From contig CM060733.1 of assembly GCA_030704615.1 (NCBI GenBank), forward strand, positions 13,020,001 through 13,084,000: a stretch of DNA of 64,000 bases, given 5' to 3'. This stretch comes from Takakia lepidozioides. Lineage: Eukaryota > Plantae > Bryophyta. Shown here piece by piece: positions 26,816 to 41,007 of this stretch; the stretch's first letter is position 1; every line of letters starts with the position of its first letter. Made by a program: the position numbers and the translations under genes. A model generated the notes under the pieces. That model worked only from the letters and a program-made list of their open reading frames with translations, made no database searches and was not told the origin of the DNA.

Positions 26816-29026
26816 AATGTTGAATCTTGAGCAGCAGTGGTGACCTTCAGACTTCAGAGGGGTGGCTCAAACAAGGTAGGTGAAATAGAAGGTCCATCCG
26901 AGGAAGTTTCCATAGCTCGATTTGCAAGTAGATTGAAAATTTTGAAAACTTCGGAACGTGGAGTCTATGTCTTTCCCAAGACCAAGAGTTTGTTGAAGTG
27001 CCAACGAAAGGAAACTGCACGTCCAGATCCCCTCCGGACCACTACAAAGGAGGCATACCAAAATCTTGTCAAGAGAATCTGAAATTTTACCAGAAGGTGA
27101 CCAACATTGTCAGGCACGTTGTTGTGAAAATTGGCTTAAGCCACAGAGCATTTAGTTGTGAGCTTTTCGCCTACTCTGCAGAGGTTGCAGAAACTTTTGA
27201 TCATGCGTACGAAAAGTTCTAAAGATTCCAATTTCTATGGCAAACTGCCATGAAATTTTAAGTGAATCACAGTTCTCAGTTTATGGATCTTAAAATGTTC
27301 TTAGTTATGAATAATAGGTGGCGAGAGGTCCAGATTTTGCAGTCAAGGGTGAAAAAAGCTGTAGGTCCGTAGGGGCTAGTATTCGAAGCCTGAAGACCCT
27401 GAGTGCACGAATGCACCTTGTCCCTCTCCACTCAAGCTATGGATCAACTGGTTGCCTTGCTTATACTAGAACTACCAGTGCCACTAGAAACACCATCGTC
27501 CACCTCTACTTGTCCGACTAGTATTGATCCTCTATAATCTGCCACTCTCTATGTCCTACTTGGTGGCCACCAAAGGCCTCATAAGCCTGACCTCCAAAGA
27601 TTGGAAACGCAGCAGGAAGAGACAAGAAACCGTCAGTTCTCAGAAACCAAACGTATATTGGTACGAAACGAAATGAATCTATTATATGATCGAGTACTGT
27701 GTGTCTCCCTTGTGTATGAAGATGAGTGGTGAAGGCCAGTTATGTGGGGTTGTATAATAATGGGGTTGTCGCGACCGTCACAGTTTTTATATTCATGGCG
27801 GCTACTCTCTCATCACTTCCTCTCGTACAACACCGCTGCGTAGGTAGCTCTGCAGTGTAGTCTCCTTATTACACAGGCCATCACGGGGCCAGCAGGGCAC
27901 GTGTGCTCACAGCTTCACAAGCTGCCTTGAATGCTTCTCTTTGATGGTCTGAGACTGCGGCCCATGATAACCCTGAACAAAAACTACCTATGAGGACCTT
28001 GGGGGCTGGTGGGCCTTCTTGCCCATAAGTAGCATTGGGTGAATGGTTGACATTAAGAGATCTACTCTGTTTCTCTAGCTACTGACTGTTTCCAACTTTG
28101 ATCAGTGCATGCTTCTTCTGCATGTGCGTTGAAGACCGAATCTCTAAAACCTTACATATGATGGAGACCACGGGGAGGATCAACTGCGTAGCTCATCCTG
28201 GATACTGGACACTGGGTTATGGCATTCTAACACTAAGATTTCAAAAGTGCTCTTCTTCCCAACCCACCATAGATGCAACAATCCATCTTCTTGTATTCTG
28301 ATGTCTGGGTATACTGTCCGTTGCCATCTTTAGAGCAGTGGCAAACCATTTGACCAAAATGGGCAGCCATGGTGGTGCATTCAGGTCATTGCACCCTTTG
28401 CACCCTTGGGAAGTCCGTGTTCCTTCTCCACATGGTCTCCTGGAGTTAGAGGGTACTCTCACAAGCCTCCCCAAGGCTGCTTGCAAACTGAAAGTTTCAA
28501 GGTGTGGCCTCCGTCTTAATCTTCCAAACCACATCTGAGCTTAGAGGTGAACAGGATGCAGGGGCAAATGGACAGGGAATGATGACGAGCTTTAGAGTTA
28601 CCATTTCCAAAAATTGATCTTCTATCATGCTCTATGCACAGTACTGGAATTCACAGTCAAGTCCGCCCAACCACCATTTAATGGTGGGACAACCAATGCC
28701 ATGAAATACTGAAACGAAGGATCACCTACATAGCTGTTACAACGCATGCTTTCCAAGACACACGAATGCAATTCCTAAGCACAGTCACTGGTGCAACCAC
28801 ATAAACATGTGAAACATCTTTTTCAAGCTGTGCAGCAGTGCCGGAACAATGTAATGCCTTCTAGCCAGAGCATTGGATCTACCCTTAGTCCCCTGTCACT
28901 GGACAACCATGGTCACATCTCTTGCAAGCTAGAGGGCTAGAGGTGCAAGGCTGGAATGAAGCTCATGCTTTGTCTAGGCAGATTATTCCCTGTGGAGAAA
29001 GCCATTGAGTTGATACATTGCAACAG

Positions 29027-32000
29027 TCACTTGGTCCCTTTTTGCACGTGAGAGAGAGGTGGTACTGGTAGTGGAACCAGGGGGACAGCCAAGTTCAATT
29101 GCAAGTGTGAGCACCTGACAACTCCTAGGAGATGTTCTGGTAGCTCCTCTTCAGTCTCTCCCTGACAAAAATGGAAACATCCCACATTTCAGCCTAACAA
29201 CTCTGTTTTTAGCCTGTAGACTCTAGTACCATCTCCAATTAGAAGTAACAGCCATTTGTAGTGCAAAATGGTCCCCCGCTTAAGCTCCTACCACACCATC
29301 TTCCAACTCTAACTGATATACTGCAATACAATTGGCAGGCACTGCACACTGGCACTATCCATGCAGGTAGTACCTGCTAAAAGTTATGGAAGATAGACAA
29401 AACGTGGTTGAATGCGAGAATGCAGTAACTATCCACAGAACTTACAGCCACTGCCTTCCAGTTGGGCATTGCCTGCAGATGCATTCTTCTGTAACACAGT
29501 TCCAGACTAGTCACATCACGCGAAAGACTTACCCTTACAAAAAAGGCCAAGTCAACCACGAGAGCAGTAATGTAACCAAATACAAGGCCCATTACTCCAC
29601 GCACCACACCTGACGATCCAAGATTCACATCCACCTGTGGACATCCCACCATTCTCCTCAGAAGCAGTCAATGAAGGATAGAGTGCCCCATAAAACTGGT
29701 GGTTCCAGGCGTTTCAAAGGCATGATGAGATGGAGAACAGGCCCTCCAGGTGAGGAAAGACAGTGACTGGACACGGAGTAATTTGCACTATCCTAAGATC
29801 ACAACGCTCCTTCTGCAATAACTGTCTCTTATGAACATCAAAAAGTCCCATTGTCACATACATTGCAGACATCTTAGAAGAATTGGGGATGGTGAAAATT
29901 CAAACCTCCAGGTGGTTCAACCCAACGTGATAGTTGGCCTCCAAAATTTGGCCTAGTTGTACAGTCCGTACTCCCACGGCTTGCTTGATTATCCATGATC
30001 CCTGCCAAATCAGACGACAAAAATCACCTCACCTGTTCCCTTCATTTTTTCTATTCAGCTCACATCTGCCAGCAGCCATGGCAACTAATACTTAGAGGTA
30101 CTTGAAATGTCACAACTTCCTGTACACTTGACATCTATAAGCTCCGAGAATAATCCATTTGCAAGTAGTGGAGACAGGTGACTTCTATAGCTTAGAGCTT
30201 TACATGTGCAGAGTCTGTGAAGAGTTTCTCAATGCATGGGCCTATACCTCAGGTACGGCAGGTATTAGAGAAAGCCGGCTGTTTCGAAAGGTGTCATCTC
30301 CAACAATAAAACGACGAATAAGAGAGCCTTCAGTAATTGCTTTGGTTGTGGCAAAGTAGAACACAAGGCTGTAGTCCATTGAGTAAGGCACCTGCATGCA
30401 CGACAATGAGAGTCTGGCTTTAGGAGATTTGAACAGAGAATTTGCATTCAAAGAAAACCTGCTAGCAGGTTTGAACAGGATCGAGGCAAACCACAGTGAA
30501 CCAAAGATACTGCTTGTACACCCACCACAGCCATCCATTACAACGTACCCCCCTTGATATGGAATGTTTGGAGCCCAGGATCTGTGATGAAGTTGACAAA
30601 GCTCAAGATACACAAACCTGCAAGTTGACAACAAAAAAAAAGATGTCTCCATTCGATGCACCAACTTTCTGCATCAGCACCATGCTCATTCATGTGTCAG
30701 AGGTTGCAATAGAGAAATCGAACGTCAGGAAAAAAGTATACAGATGACAAATCTCCCAAGTAAACAAAAACTTCATGTGTTTTCAAAACTGTAAATGTAC
30801 TGAGAATGAAAACGGTCAACAGATATCACTCCAGAGTGAAACCATCATACCAACCATGAGAGTGAAGAGTCTTCAATTACCAATCCAAGTTACTAAACTA
30901 AGGATGAAATCATACAACTTTACAATCATTGATTCCTGAGTGCAACAGTAAGAAGAAAAAGAAAAATTCAGATGAAGTGATTAAAGGCTTGTGTCCAGAT
31001 CCAGCAGCCTTTGAAGAATCCAACTTAAGACCTGCAATTCTGTTCGTAGGAAATTGTCTTTTGCAGTACATTCGGTAGCCCAAGCCTGCCATCTAAGACC
31101 AAAGTCAATTGTTCTCCCTGTGGGCTTTCTTTCTTTCACACACACCCTACCCTATTTGTGGTACCATGTTGCTGTCAGTGCATCACAGCCAAATGGCATG
31201 GAGAGAAGGTGTAGTGCTAGACTAGCCATTCCAATATTAGCATCATCCCTTCTAGTATGATGTCCAAGGCAGCTGTTCAATCAGACATCGCTCTAACTGG
31301 ATCGTCTTCAGCTGTGGCTATATGCTATGCTATGGCAACTACTGAGTGGCATACAGCGATGGGTGCATTCGAGAAGGTCACTTGGCACATGGGAACTGTG
31401 CCTCAAGTGTACGTTAGCAAATGCTCATGAGGAAGAGTCAATAGGTACATCTCTCAGATACAAACCATAGGGACCATCTTCCGGTTCGATCTATTCTCCT
31501 AAACAGAGTTGACAATTCAACTCTAGCAGAAATTGCTGCCCGGAAGAACCAACTACCGGAAAAGATGTACTCATAAGACATTGTTTGCCGTAGCCTTGTG
31601 GCCATTGACCCCGCGCCCAGTTTGAGCGGAAAAACTACCGGAAAAGAAATAGCTAGGAAGAAACCTGGTGTAGAAAAGCACCTGGACAAGGCTGTGAGGG
31701 TGACCTGCTACGTGATCCATCCTCCCATTGGCCTTCAACCAGTCCACTGCCACCAGCTTGCACATGGGTTCTCCTGCAGCAACCTGCCATGAAAACAAAT
31801 CTCAAAAAAGCTTCAACTGCCTTCCGTTGTATGTCCACTGATGTACCACTACATCATGATGGATTTGAGCTACTGAACTATGTTTGAATCCAGCTATCTG
31901 TTTGCCAGAGAGAAACTAATCCATGAGCAGGTTCATGAGCACGTGAGCGTGAAATCCGTGAGGTCAGGCTCATGATGCACAGTGAATCACCCAAAATCGT

Positions 32001-35000
32001 GAGCACAGGCTCATAGACTAACAGTGTTCACTCACAGGCTCATGGGTGGAGGCTCACGAATTAGATTTTCCCTTTCTGCCAGCCAGTGCACACCAATGGA
32101 TATAGGAAACTTGTAAACCTACAGAACGGGAGAGGGAGCATCACTACTGTGGTAAGAGACCGCCTTACCCTAGAGCCATTCACCAAAAAGTTGCTCCCTC
32201 TGAGAAGGAAGTTACTCCCTTGTGGCTCAGAGAAGCAGTGTCGCCCACCTTGGAGGGGCCCTCTTCCAAGACTACCTTTGACCCTCGACCAGTCAAAATC
32301 GCCTGTGGGAGCTGTTGCACGATCTGCCACCAGCAGTCCCACACACGCTAAATAAGGCCACCAATGCATACTGCACCATAATGTAGTTGTGTATAAGAAC
32401 TGGTAAGATTGTAAAGATACAAGTTTGAGGACAAGGAGGAGTCTTAACTTCTGCAAAGAGGGTAACAAATTAACATAAAGCCCTAAAGCTATCTGATGGA
32501 CAACTTTTAAACCACGTCCAGAACAGTAGAGGCATTACTGCCGACCAAAGGGGCTTCACACCTAGCCTACATACCTGAGACTAGATTGTTGGATGAAACA
32601 GAGAGGGGAATGAAGCATGGCCCTTAGTCTCAAGAAGATTGTTACAGCAGGTCTCACCCCAATAGAAGGGGATCACAGGGAATAACCAACCCACGGGCAG
32701 ATGCAGCAAATGGCTCTGATATGGTCAAATTTGCCTGGGCTGGAGGGGGCCGGGTTATTGTTCGCTTTATTAGAAAACATTTACTAAGAGGCATCAATGG
32801 CAAAAAGAAAGACAAAGGTACCTCATACCATCTACAGGGAGATACTCTTCTTCTAACCTCCACAGGAAGCACAAGGACATTTCCTCATTTGATATTGCTT
32901 CCCATACCCTTGGCCCATATACCCTACACCGGAGAGGAGACAGAGTCACTCCACCTGCTTCGAGTGTCATTGTTTGATTGCTGCTTTCCAAGGACTCACT
33001 GACTATGTCAAATGAACCCTGCAATACCAACACCTGCACAAAGAATAATTAGAGACTATTCACCACTACCTGCCACACTCAACGGAAAAGACAACTCCAC
33101 AGCACTCCACTCTAATTTGTGGCCAACTGTGTCATGGAACAGACAATCTCAGAGCAACATTTGCCAGGTAGAGTAAGTCCTACCTCCAACAACTTTATGG
33201 GTAGTCCACAAGACCCTTTCCATTTGAAATAAATATGACAAGCTACTACTACCATGGAACATGATTGCCCTGCGGTTCCAGCCTTGGCAAATTATGTACA
33301 GGAGCTTTCTGACCTCTGAGCCTTCTGAGAGTTGCTCCATATTGGCATCGTGAAACTCTTCCAGATCTTCAGTACTAAGGAACGGGGTGACCGTAACAAC
33401 AGCTTCAGAACTGTCCAAGGAGTCTGGTAACAAATGGTCCTCCATAAACTCCTCAATATGCCGTTTAACAACAGTAACACTAGAGTTTACTCTCTGTGCT
33501 GCAACATGCTCCCGAATCCCTGCCAATGCAGACAGGCAAGACATTATGCAATTAGTAAGACCTGTCCATGCAAGTCTCTGGAAGTTTGGCCTTCAAAGAA
33601 CACGATGAGGTGGACATATCAGAGGAGGAAAACTAGAAAATTAGTCATTACAAAGGCAGTCACGCACGGGTAGAGATAATGAGAGAAAATTGCACCTGCA
33701 ACAACACTCAGAAGAGAGTCCCTCAGATGTACAGGGTATGCAGAGAGCCAATTTCCAACCAAAGACGACCACCCTGCTACATCCATCTCCAGAACACTCT
33801 CCACAAGCGTGCGTGGCTTCCCGCTAGCACTGCTCTTTAAGGGTGTCACAATGTAGCCCCCGCCTGTCCTCCCCACAGCGTTGACCATCTGTTGCTTTGA
33901 TACCGCACCTTCTAGGAACAGCCTGTAGTTCAAAAGGAACAAATACCTGGCTCCCTCTTCTCTCTCCTAGATGCTGTAAAGTTTCCCTGGTGGATGCGAA
34001 CCCCACTAAAGGCTCTGGGACGGTTGGTTTCCCATGGGGTCAATGGCTGTAAGGCTACGGCAAGCCGATGCTCGCAGGGAACGGCAGTACATACTCTCTA
34101 GATGCTATAAAGTTTCTTTCCGTATGAATCTCTTTCGAGTTATTTCCTTGTTCTTGTCCAAAAAGCTCTTCTGTGTTCTTTCTTTTCTTTCTCTTGCCAT
34201 GCCAAATGTTGTCTCGACACTTCAGAACTAACTCTTTGCTGATTCGCTTTTGCAAACTAATTAGAACCTCAATAATCCTTCAATAATGAAAAATTCAGGA
34301 CAAATGATGTGGAGCAAGAACTTACTGTGAATATATGCTCGGACAAATCCAGGCTGCAGGGGTTTGTGGACCGACCTATAAAACACAGCTGGCACCAATC
34401 ATGAAATGAAAGCACATTAACATGATCTTCCCTTCCGTCCTCCATCTGCTATGTTATTCATCCCAGCTATTCTGAAACCATTTTGTACAAGCCACAATCA
34501 CCAATTTACTTTTTGCAAAGTGATGAGGTTTTTTACGAGAAGTTCATAGGTGATGAGAGAGAAGAACAACAAGATTATTACATCCACAAGAGGCACAGAG
34601 GGCCCATCTGCAGTCAAGCAACTCAAACGCTACGAAGTCCAAAGGAAACCTGAAGCATAAAGAAGGGAACTTTATAACGTCCAAAGAAAGACCACGAGCT
34701 ATGTCAAAATCAAGGGAGGGAAAGGGGCGCATAAAAGTTACTTACAGTAGGTGCCATTGTCTTCTCGCATCCAATAGCGATATAAGCAGAAATCTCTCGG
34801 CCGCAGCCACCTGAACACAAATCCACAGTTATCAACAGAGAAGTATAGAGAAAACTGAGTGTCAGCAGATGCCAGGAGTATGCATGATAAATATTTATTA
34901 TTCAATGTCCTACGCAGAAACTTGAAACTGTTCCCAGCAGCTATTGGTAGGTGGCTCACTGGTATAACAACCCCTCCAGATACCTTCACCACAATTATAT

Positions 35001-38000
35001 AAGGACAGTACAGAATCACAATCAGAATGCACAGCTGGGCAGATTCTAGCAATAAAAGTTGAAGTCCAATGAGATTTGAGAAAAGAGAAATTGAGCCTTC
35101 TGAGACAGCATGACTTACATCCAATCTTGTCGGAGGCAAATATGCAATACGTCAGAGTGCCCATCGATGACTTCACTTACAGATGCACTTTCAACAGTGT
35201 TATCCCATCTGCACGGAAGGTATTGTTCCGCCAGAGCTCAAACCGATGCTAATTTTCTCACTGCACTAGCTTAAACACTACAATTAGGACAAATCATGCC
35301 AACAACCTAAAGACCTGCCCATGCATTTGGAACTGATAACTACGGAGAGCACAAACCATGACCCTTTTGCACCCGACAAAAAAACTATATAGCTGCAACC
35401 AGTAAGTGCACTTTTGTGTGAAAATGCAATCAATCTGTCCTCATAATCCTAGAACAACATCAGGAGCATGACCTACAATTGTCATATATCGCTATATAAT
35501 TCATTTCTGTAATGACTGATGCCCTTTAGCTCTGTGGAGGCCATATGTTGCTAACTAAATGTTGGACAGCTAGGTGGTCAATACACATTGAACAGTCATA
35601 ATCATGGCAGTGTTCACTAAGATGTCTAACATCTGGAAGGTAGAGAACAGTAATTGCCAATCCTCCAAAATAACTAGCCACTTTGAAGTTACAAAGGTGG
35701 TGTGACCAAAATGTGCCAGGCATGAAATGTTTCCCTACTGACACCAATGTCAACATAATTTTGAGAGCAGATGGCAAGACAGAAGCCCGTGACCAATTCA
35801 AACACCTAGCTTTTGCATATAGGCAAGAGTGCGACAATCAGCCAAAATTAAATGAATGATTTTGATATTACTAAGCAGCTATGCTCAGTCCATTTAATGT
35901 TATGTACATTAGGAAAGGCAGGCTCCTAAACCAACCAAGTGAGCCATCCATAGGGCTGGTCAAACTAAGGGAAAAAAGCACCCCAGCATGAACATCCAAA
36001 CTTCCCCTAACATACAACAATCGTCATGCCTTATAGCTTCAAATGATTCTTGCAACACTTGTATACTTACTGGACACGCTCACTTCCGTAATCCATGATG
36101 AGACCAAATATTTGATCAGCTGGAGCCTTCACCACTCCAACAGCTTTCATCACTGGTAGCTGCACTCAGTCAAACTCGAACACAGTCATGAAAAATATTT
36201 TCCGAGGCAACACGAAAGGTCTCCATTATGCTGACTCATGGAGCTTGAACCCAAAGCAAAGTACTTGCTAAAGCATCCAACATACATAACCAGAAATTTC
36301 AAGACGCAATAACGGTAAGTCAATAAAAAGTCACAAATGACCAAACGCTGCAGGCTGAATGCTAACCTTATATCTGAAGGGGAACTCTGAAGAAATCTCT
36401 TCAAAAAATCTCAACCCTGCAGAGCAAGGTTCACACTGAGACAAACGGCATCACTGATAACACCAAGCTATTTAACGTTTTTAACCAGGAGACACCAACC
36501 CGCTCAATGAACCACTTTTGTAAGTCAAAACTCCATGAAATAGACAGCCACAGATAGAGGCACTGCTATGCAGGGGCACAGAAAAACTTAAGAAGGTGAC
36601 AATGTAACCTTTTCAGCACCTTCACACGACACATTCTTAATTTGTTCTTCCTGCGCTGTGGGAAATACTCATCATTCACAATCCGAACATAGGAAGCAAT
36701 GGCAGCTTCAGGTAAATAAGAACATTTTTGCCATTGGCAAAGAAGGATGCTGGACCTGGATGTTCTGCCTCCACGACCTATACATGACCTTCAAGCAGGG
36801 CCCCATACCATTTTCACAACGAACAAGCCTCCATTTTGGTGTGGAGCTTGGTGACGCTGACTGGAAATCTCCCATACCTGCTGTACCAAAGCTCTCTGCC
36901 AGAAAAGGTGAATCTGCATGCCATATCAGAGCATCATTGTCCAAACATGCTACTGCCTGCAACAGGTGGTGTTTCAATGGGGAAACCTTATGTAGGTAAG
37001 AATCTCTGTGAAAGCAGGAGGCAACAAGTAGGCAGCTTCCCCCTCTTCTTGACAATTACCCAAAAGACAAAGGCAAAATCCATCATATATTTCCCCCGTT
37101 TGTTGCTTTGTAAGGCAAGGTAAAGTGGAAGATACCAACCATGGCCAATGGTAGTCAAGCTGGTGTAGGATTTCTCTATGTGCTTTCCATTCCGAGGTAA
37201 ATGTGGCTGCAGTCCCAATGACTCTCTCGGTCTCCCATCACCCACCCTTTACATGCCATCCCAGGAAAAGAACTGGTTAAGCTTTGAAAGAATCAAGAAT
37301 GAGTACACTTAAACAATCAAAACCTACCTCTAGCTCCACCAATGATTCTGGTGGAGAGGAAAGTTCAACGAGAGAACAGCATCAACGATAAATGCATAAT
37401 AGAGACTGTGCAATTAAAACATCAAGTCTATTTGGTGTCAAAATGCAATCCAGCAATCCGGCATGAAAGAAAGAATGGGCCCCTAATCGATCACTTAAAC
37501 TTTGCTCCGGCATCGATGATAACCCATCTGCTGGTGCTTTAGATAGTTCTATTTTTATTGATCTGCTGGTACTCAAATCTCCAGCTCTTACAAGCATGTG
37601 TATGTCAAACACAAGTTAATTCCCACAAGTACACTGGGCATATGTCACAATGTAATACTTTAGCAAAACCATATCAGTTCAGTATCAATAATTGATTGAC
37701 AAATACCTGAATAGCTAGAGGTCCAAACATGAGACCGCAAGTTGCTAATGAAATGAAGACAGATAAAACACCTACAGATTTTCACTGAGGTACGCAAGTT
37801 GAATGCCCAAAGACGGTGACCACGGCTCCAGCGTCAAGTCTAGGGGCTACACAGAAAGCACATCCAACATTGAGCCTTCGACACACTGAATAGGAGTGCT
37901 GTTCTCCAAACTCACAAATAATCGATCCCATTAAAAAAATACCATGTAGCAATGCACATCAGATCCAGAAAGCAATTTCCATTCATGTCACAGTAGAGTC

Positions 38001-40701
38001 CTATTGCACTTTTGAGTATCTACTAAATAGAAGCAAACCATGACACAAAGGTGACTACTTAGTCAATGTGCAACATGCAACCCATGGATACACTTAAATG
38101 ATTGTATGCCTGGATTCAAGGGGTGTAACAAACCACATCATCTGACACACCTTTCCAAGGGAAAATGTGAAAGCCTTGAGCCACTCTGCCACCTCCTCAG
38201 AACTCACAGCTCCCAGCTGTGCAAACCCAGGGATGTTCTTATCAAAGAAACAACTAAAAGGAATGGACAAGATCAACAAATCACATATGTACTACCAGCA
38301 GCACCTCTCATACTAGGTGGATGCTCATACCAGGGTAAACCACCATATTTGCCTTGTATTTCTACTGTCCGAGAGGGATTCCTCTACTGCACACAATGGT
38401 ACCCAGAGTTTATGCCTACAAAGCCATTGACCCTTATTCAGCAGGGACTGGCAGTGGACGAATCAGTGATCAATACTGCTAAGCCATGTTCGTGAACCAA
38501 AATCACATTGTATCGGACACTGAAAAAGTATGCATAGTTACTCTACTGGGCGTAGCTTTCTCTTCCTCCCTCTTGAGTTATCAAGGTAAGAGGCAAAAAT
38601 GTCTCTCTTACCAGCACCTCCTTTTTTGGATCGGTGATACTGTAGAGGCGAATGGTGTACAAAATCTGCATCCATGAGACAAGAGTCAACTTTGATCCTC
38701 ATAACATAGGCATCGCTCTCATTATTGCTAAATCTTACAACAAGTCATTAGTTGATATGCTCGTTTAATTTTCTATCGCATTCCTCCCTCAGAACTTCTA
38801 TAAAACTCAAGATTCCCAACTGAACCTCCTCCTCCAGTCCACATAACGCAAACCTCCCCCAACCCACCCACCCCCTGCCCTGCCACCCAAGCAAAACAAG
38901 CCTTTTATTGATATACTTCTTCTTCCCTTATTCTTCGCATTCATTGTCCCATAAGCTCTTTGGGCTTTTGGTGTACATTATCAAGTTCATCTCTGTTATT
39001 GTGGTTATGTTGTTGTTATACTTAGCCCCGGAAGCCCTCACAGCCCTCTACAGACATTGTAACATCTCTTTCCTTGTCTCTCTACTATGTCCCTAAAAAT
39101 GGAATCCTATTTAGAAAACAGGCATCAGATGGGGAGCCATAGTAGACAGCTTGGGAAATACCTTGCCATTCACAACTTGTCTGCCCGTATCTTCCAGACG
39201 GTGATCCAAATCAAGTAACCCTGATCGCAGTGGCACCTGGCCCAATCCCAATCCATACATCTCCAACTTGAAGACATACACTGTGGAAATGAGGGGAGTT
39301 CAAATCAAGAGCTTCCATTTGAGTTGTACGACTTGGCTACAATCTGTTTCTTCTACTGCTAACTACTTGACACATGACACGTGACCCTTTAGCAGTAGCA
39401 ACTTTTAATATTATCCAGGAAAGTCGCAGTTACCAAGACTATCTCAGAAGAAGAAAATGGAACCGGGGTCAGTACCAATCAAGCAGGCAAGGTACAGAAT
39501 GAATCCCAACTACGCACAGAAGGTTGGAGAAGAGATCAAGAAGTTGGCTGAGGCTAAGTTTATATACCCAATAGAGTATACAACTTGGTTGTCACCCATT
39601 GTGATAATTCCCAAGAAGAATGGTAAACTAAGAGTTTGTGTGAACTACAAGAAGCTGAATGCTTGTACGAAGAAAGATCCTTTCCCTTTGCCATTCACAG
39701 AAGCAGTATTAGACAATGTGGCAGGCCATGAGATGTACTCATTCATGGATGGCTTCAGTGGTTATAATCAAGTGCAAGTGGCAGAAGGAGACCAAGGAAA
39801 AACAGCTTTCATCACAGACCGGGGTGCTTATGCATACAAAGTCATGCCAGGCCCAGAGACAAATGTTTAATGAGTCCTTGCAAGCATTTGGCCTCAAGAG
39901 ACCTCGATTTGAGCATTTCACCCAGAGTGATACACTATTCAGAAATCCGAACTACCATGAAATTACATATGCCCTAGGTTAGAAGCACACAACTTAGACA
40001 TGAGGAATTGTGCACTAATACATTGTGCCTTGCAGGCAAAATCTCCAGATTTCACCTTAGGGGATAGACAGGCAAGTTGCAGATGTCCAGCCAAGATTGA
40101 CTGCAAATCTGAGACCTGAGCAATGTTCCCTGGATTGCAAAATAAAATTAAAATTCATGTTCCCAAAAATCAATTTGAGTGTAATAGTCAAAAGATAGTT
40201 TGCCAACTCTCAGCTGTAATCATTCATATCGGCTTACAAGCTGCGAAGCCTCAAGTTCATTTTGACAACCTTCATATCTGCTTAAAGTACTTCCAAGTTC
40301 GTCAGGGCACCTACGAAAATTTATTGCCCATTATCAACCTCTGAGATGCCAGCTCTTCAGCATTGAACCAGTCTACTGTGTTGGGCCCTTCTTACATCGC
40401 ACCTTAATCTCCCGCGCACAGGAGACACCACGAGAACTTACATGATGTGATAAGAACATAACACGGTAGTGCATGGGAATCAATCTAAGTCAAATGTGGA
40501 CTATCAAGACACGGTTCATTGGCAACGGGACCAAACGATGTAATATTTTTTCGGAAGGCATAAGAAACACACCAGGTCTCCTTTAAGACGCAACTGCGAA
40601 AACTGGCGTCTCGACAGCACGCAGAAGGTGAGAAAGCAGTAGATGCCTCCCTGCCGGCTGGGCCCAAAGCTGTACAAATAGCCCTCGATTGTGCTCGCCA
40701 T
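29027..40701 (-). CDS. EDR2L: ENHANCED DISEASE RESISTANCE 2-like protein (PH + START + DUF1336/EDR2_C), ~20 exons
   Basis: PH: MASTIEGYLY.. (40574-40701), VPLRSGLLD..LEDTGRQ (39162-39236), LGAVSSEEVAEW. START: LPVMKAVGVVEG, WLRPRDFCLYRYWMREDNGTY, GFVRA, GGGYIVTPL. DUF1336: FLLRGSNFL, LVAVDWLK..RMDHV, FRNSRLSLIP, GSWIIKQAVG, VDVNLGSS, GETEEELPEHLLG; stop at 29027-29029. Confidence 0.9.
39440..39850 (+). mobile_element. Ty3/gypsy RT fragment in EDR2L intron 1
   Basis: WLSPIVIIPKKNGKLRVCVNYKKLN..KKDPFPLPF..MDGFSGYNQV..KTAF. Confidence 0.85.
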
Positions 40702-41007
40702 CACTGCAGCTTCCTTAAATCCATCCACTTGCTTCTCTCCTAATCAATCGGCAGCTGACCACGCTGAGAGCACGAGCCCTCCTCCTCCTCAGTTTACTTC
40801 CGACTGAGAAGGAGACAAGGAAACGCTCCTGACTCGTCACAGATCACCCTTCTAATGTACACATGAAGATTACTTACTATCTTTACCATCCCGTACCCCA
40901 GTAGTTTTTGTTTTTTCCCCTGGGTGAAAACCGCAAGTTGGTAAGTTAGATATGACGGTTCGTTGGTGTCTCACTGTCTAAGAGGCAATTGAGAACTGTC
41001 AGCACCA

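Noticed and set aside
26830-28540. Degenerate NLR/LRR resistance-gene relic (GAFRSL..LPKAACKLKVSRC)
   Set aside because: Only faint LRR-like periodicity; no P-loop, kinase-2 or GLPL motif can be read.
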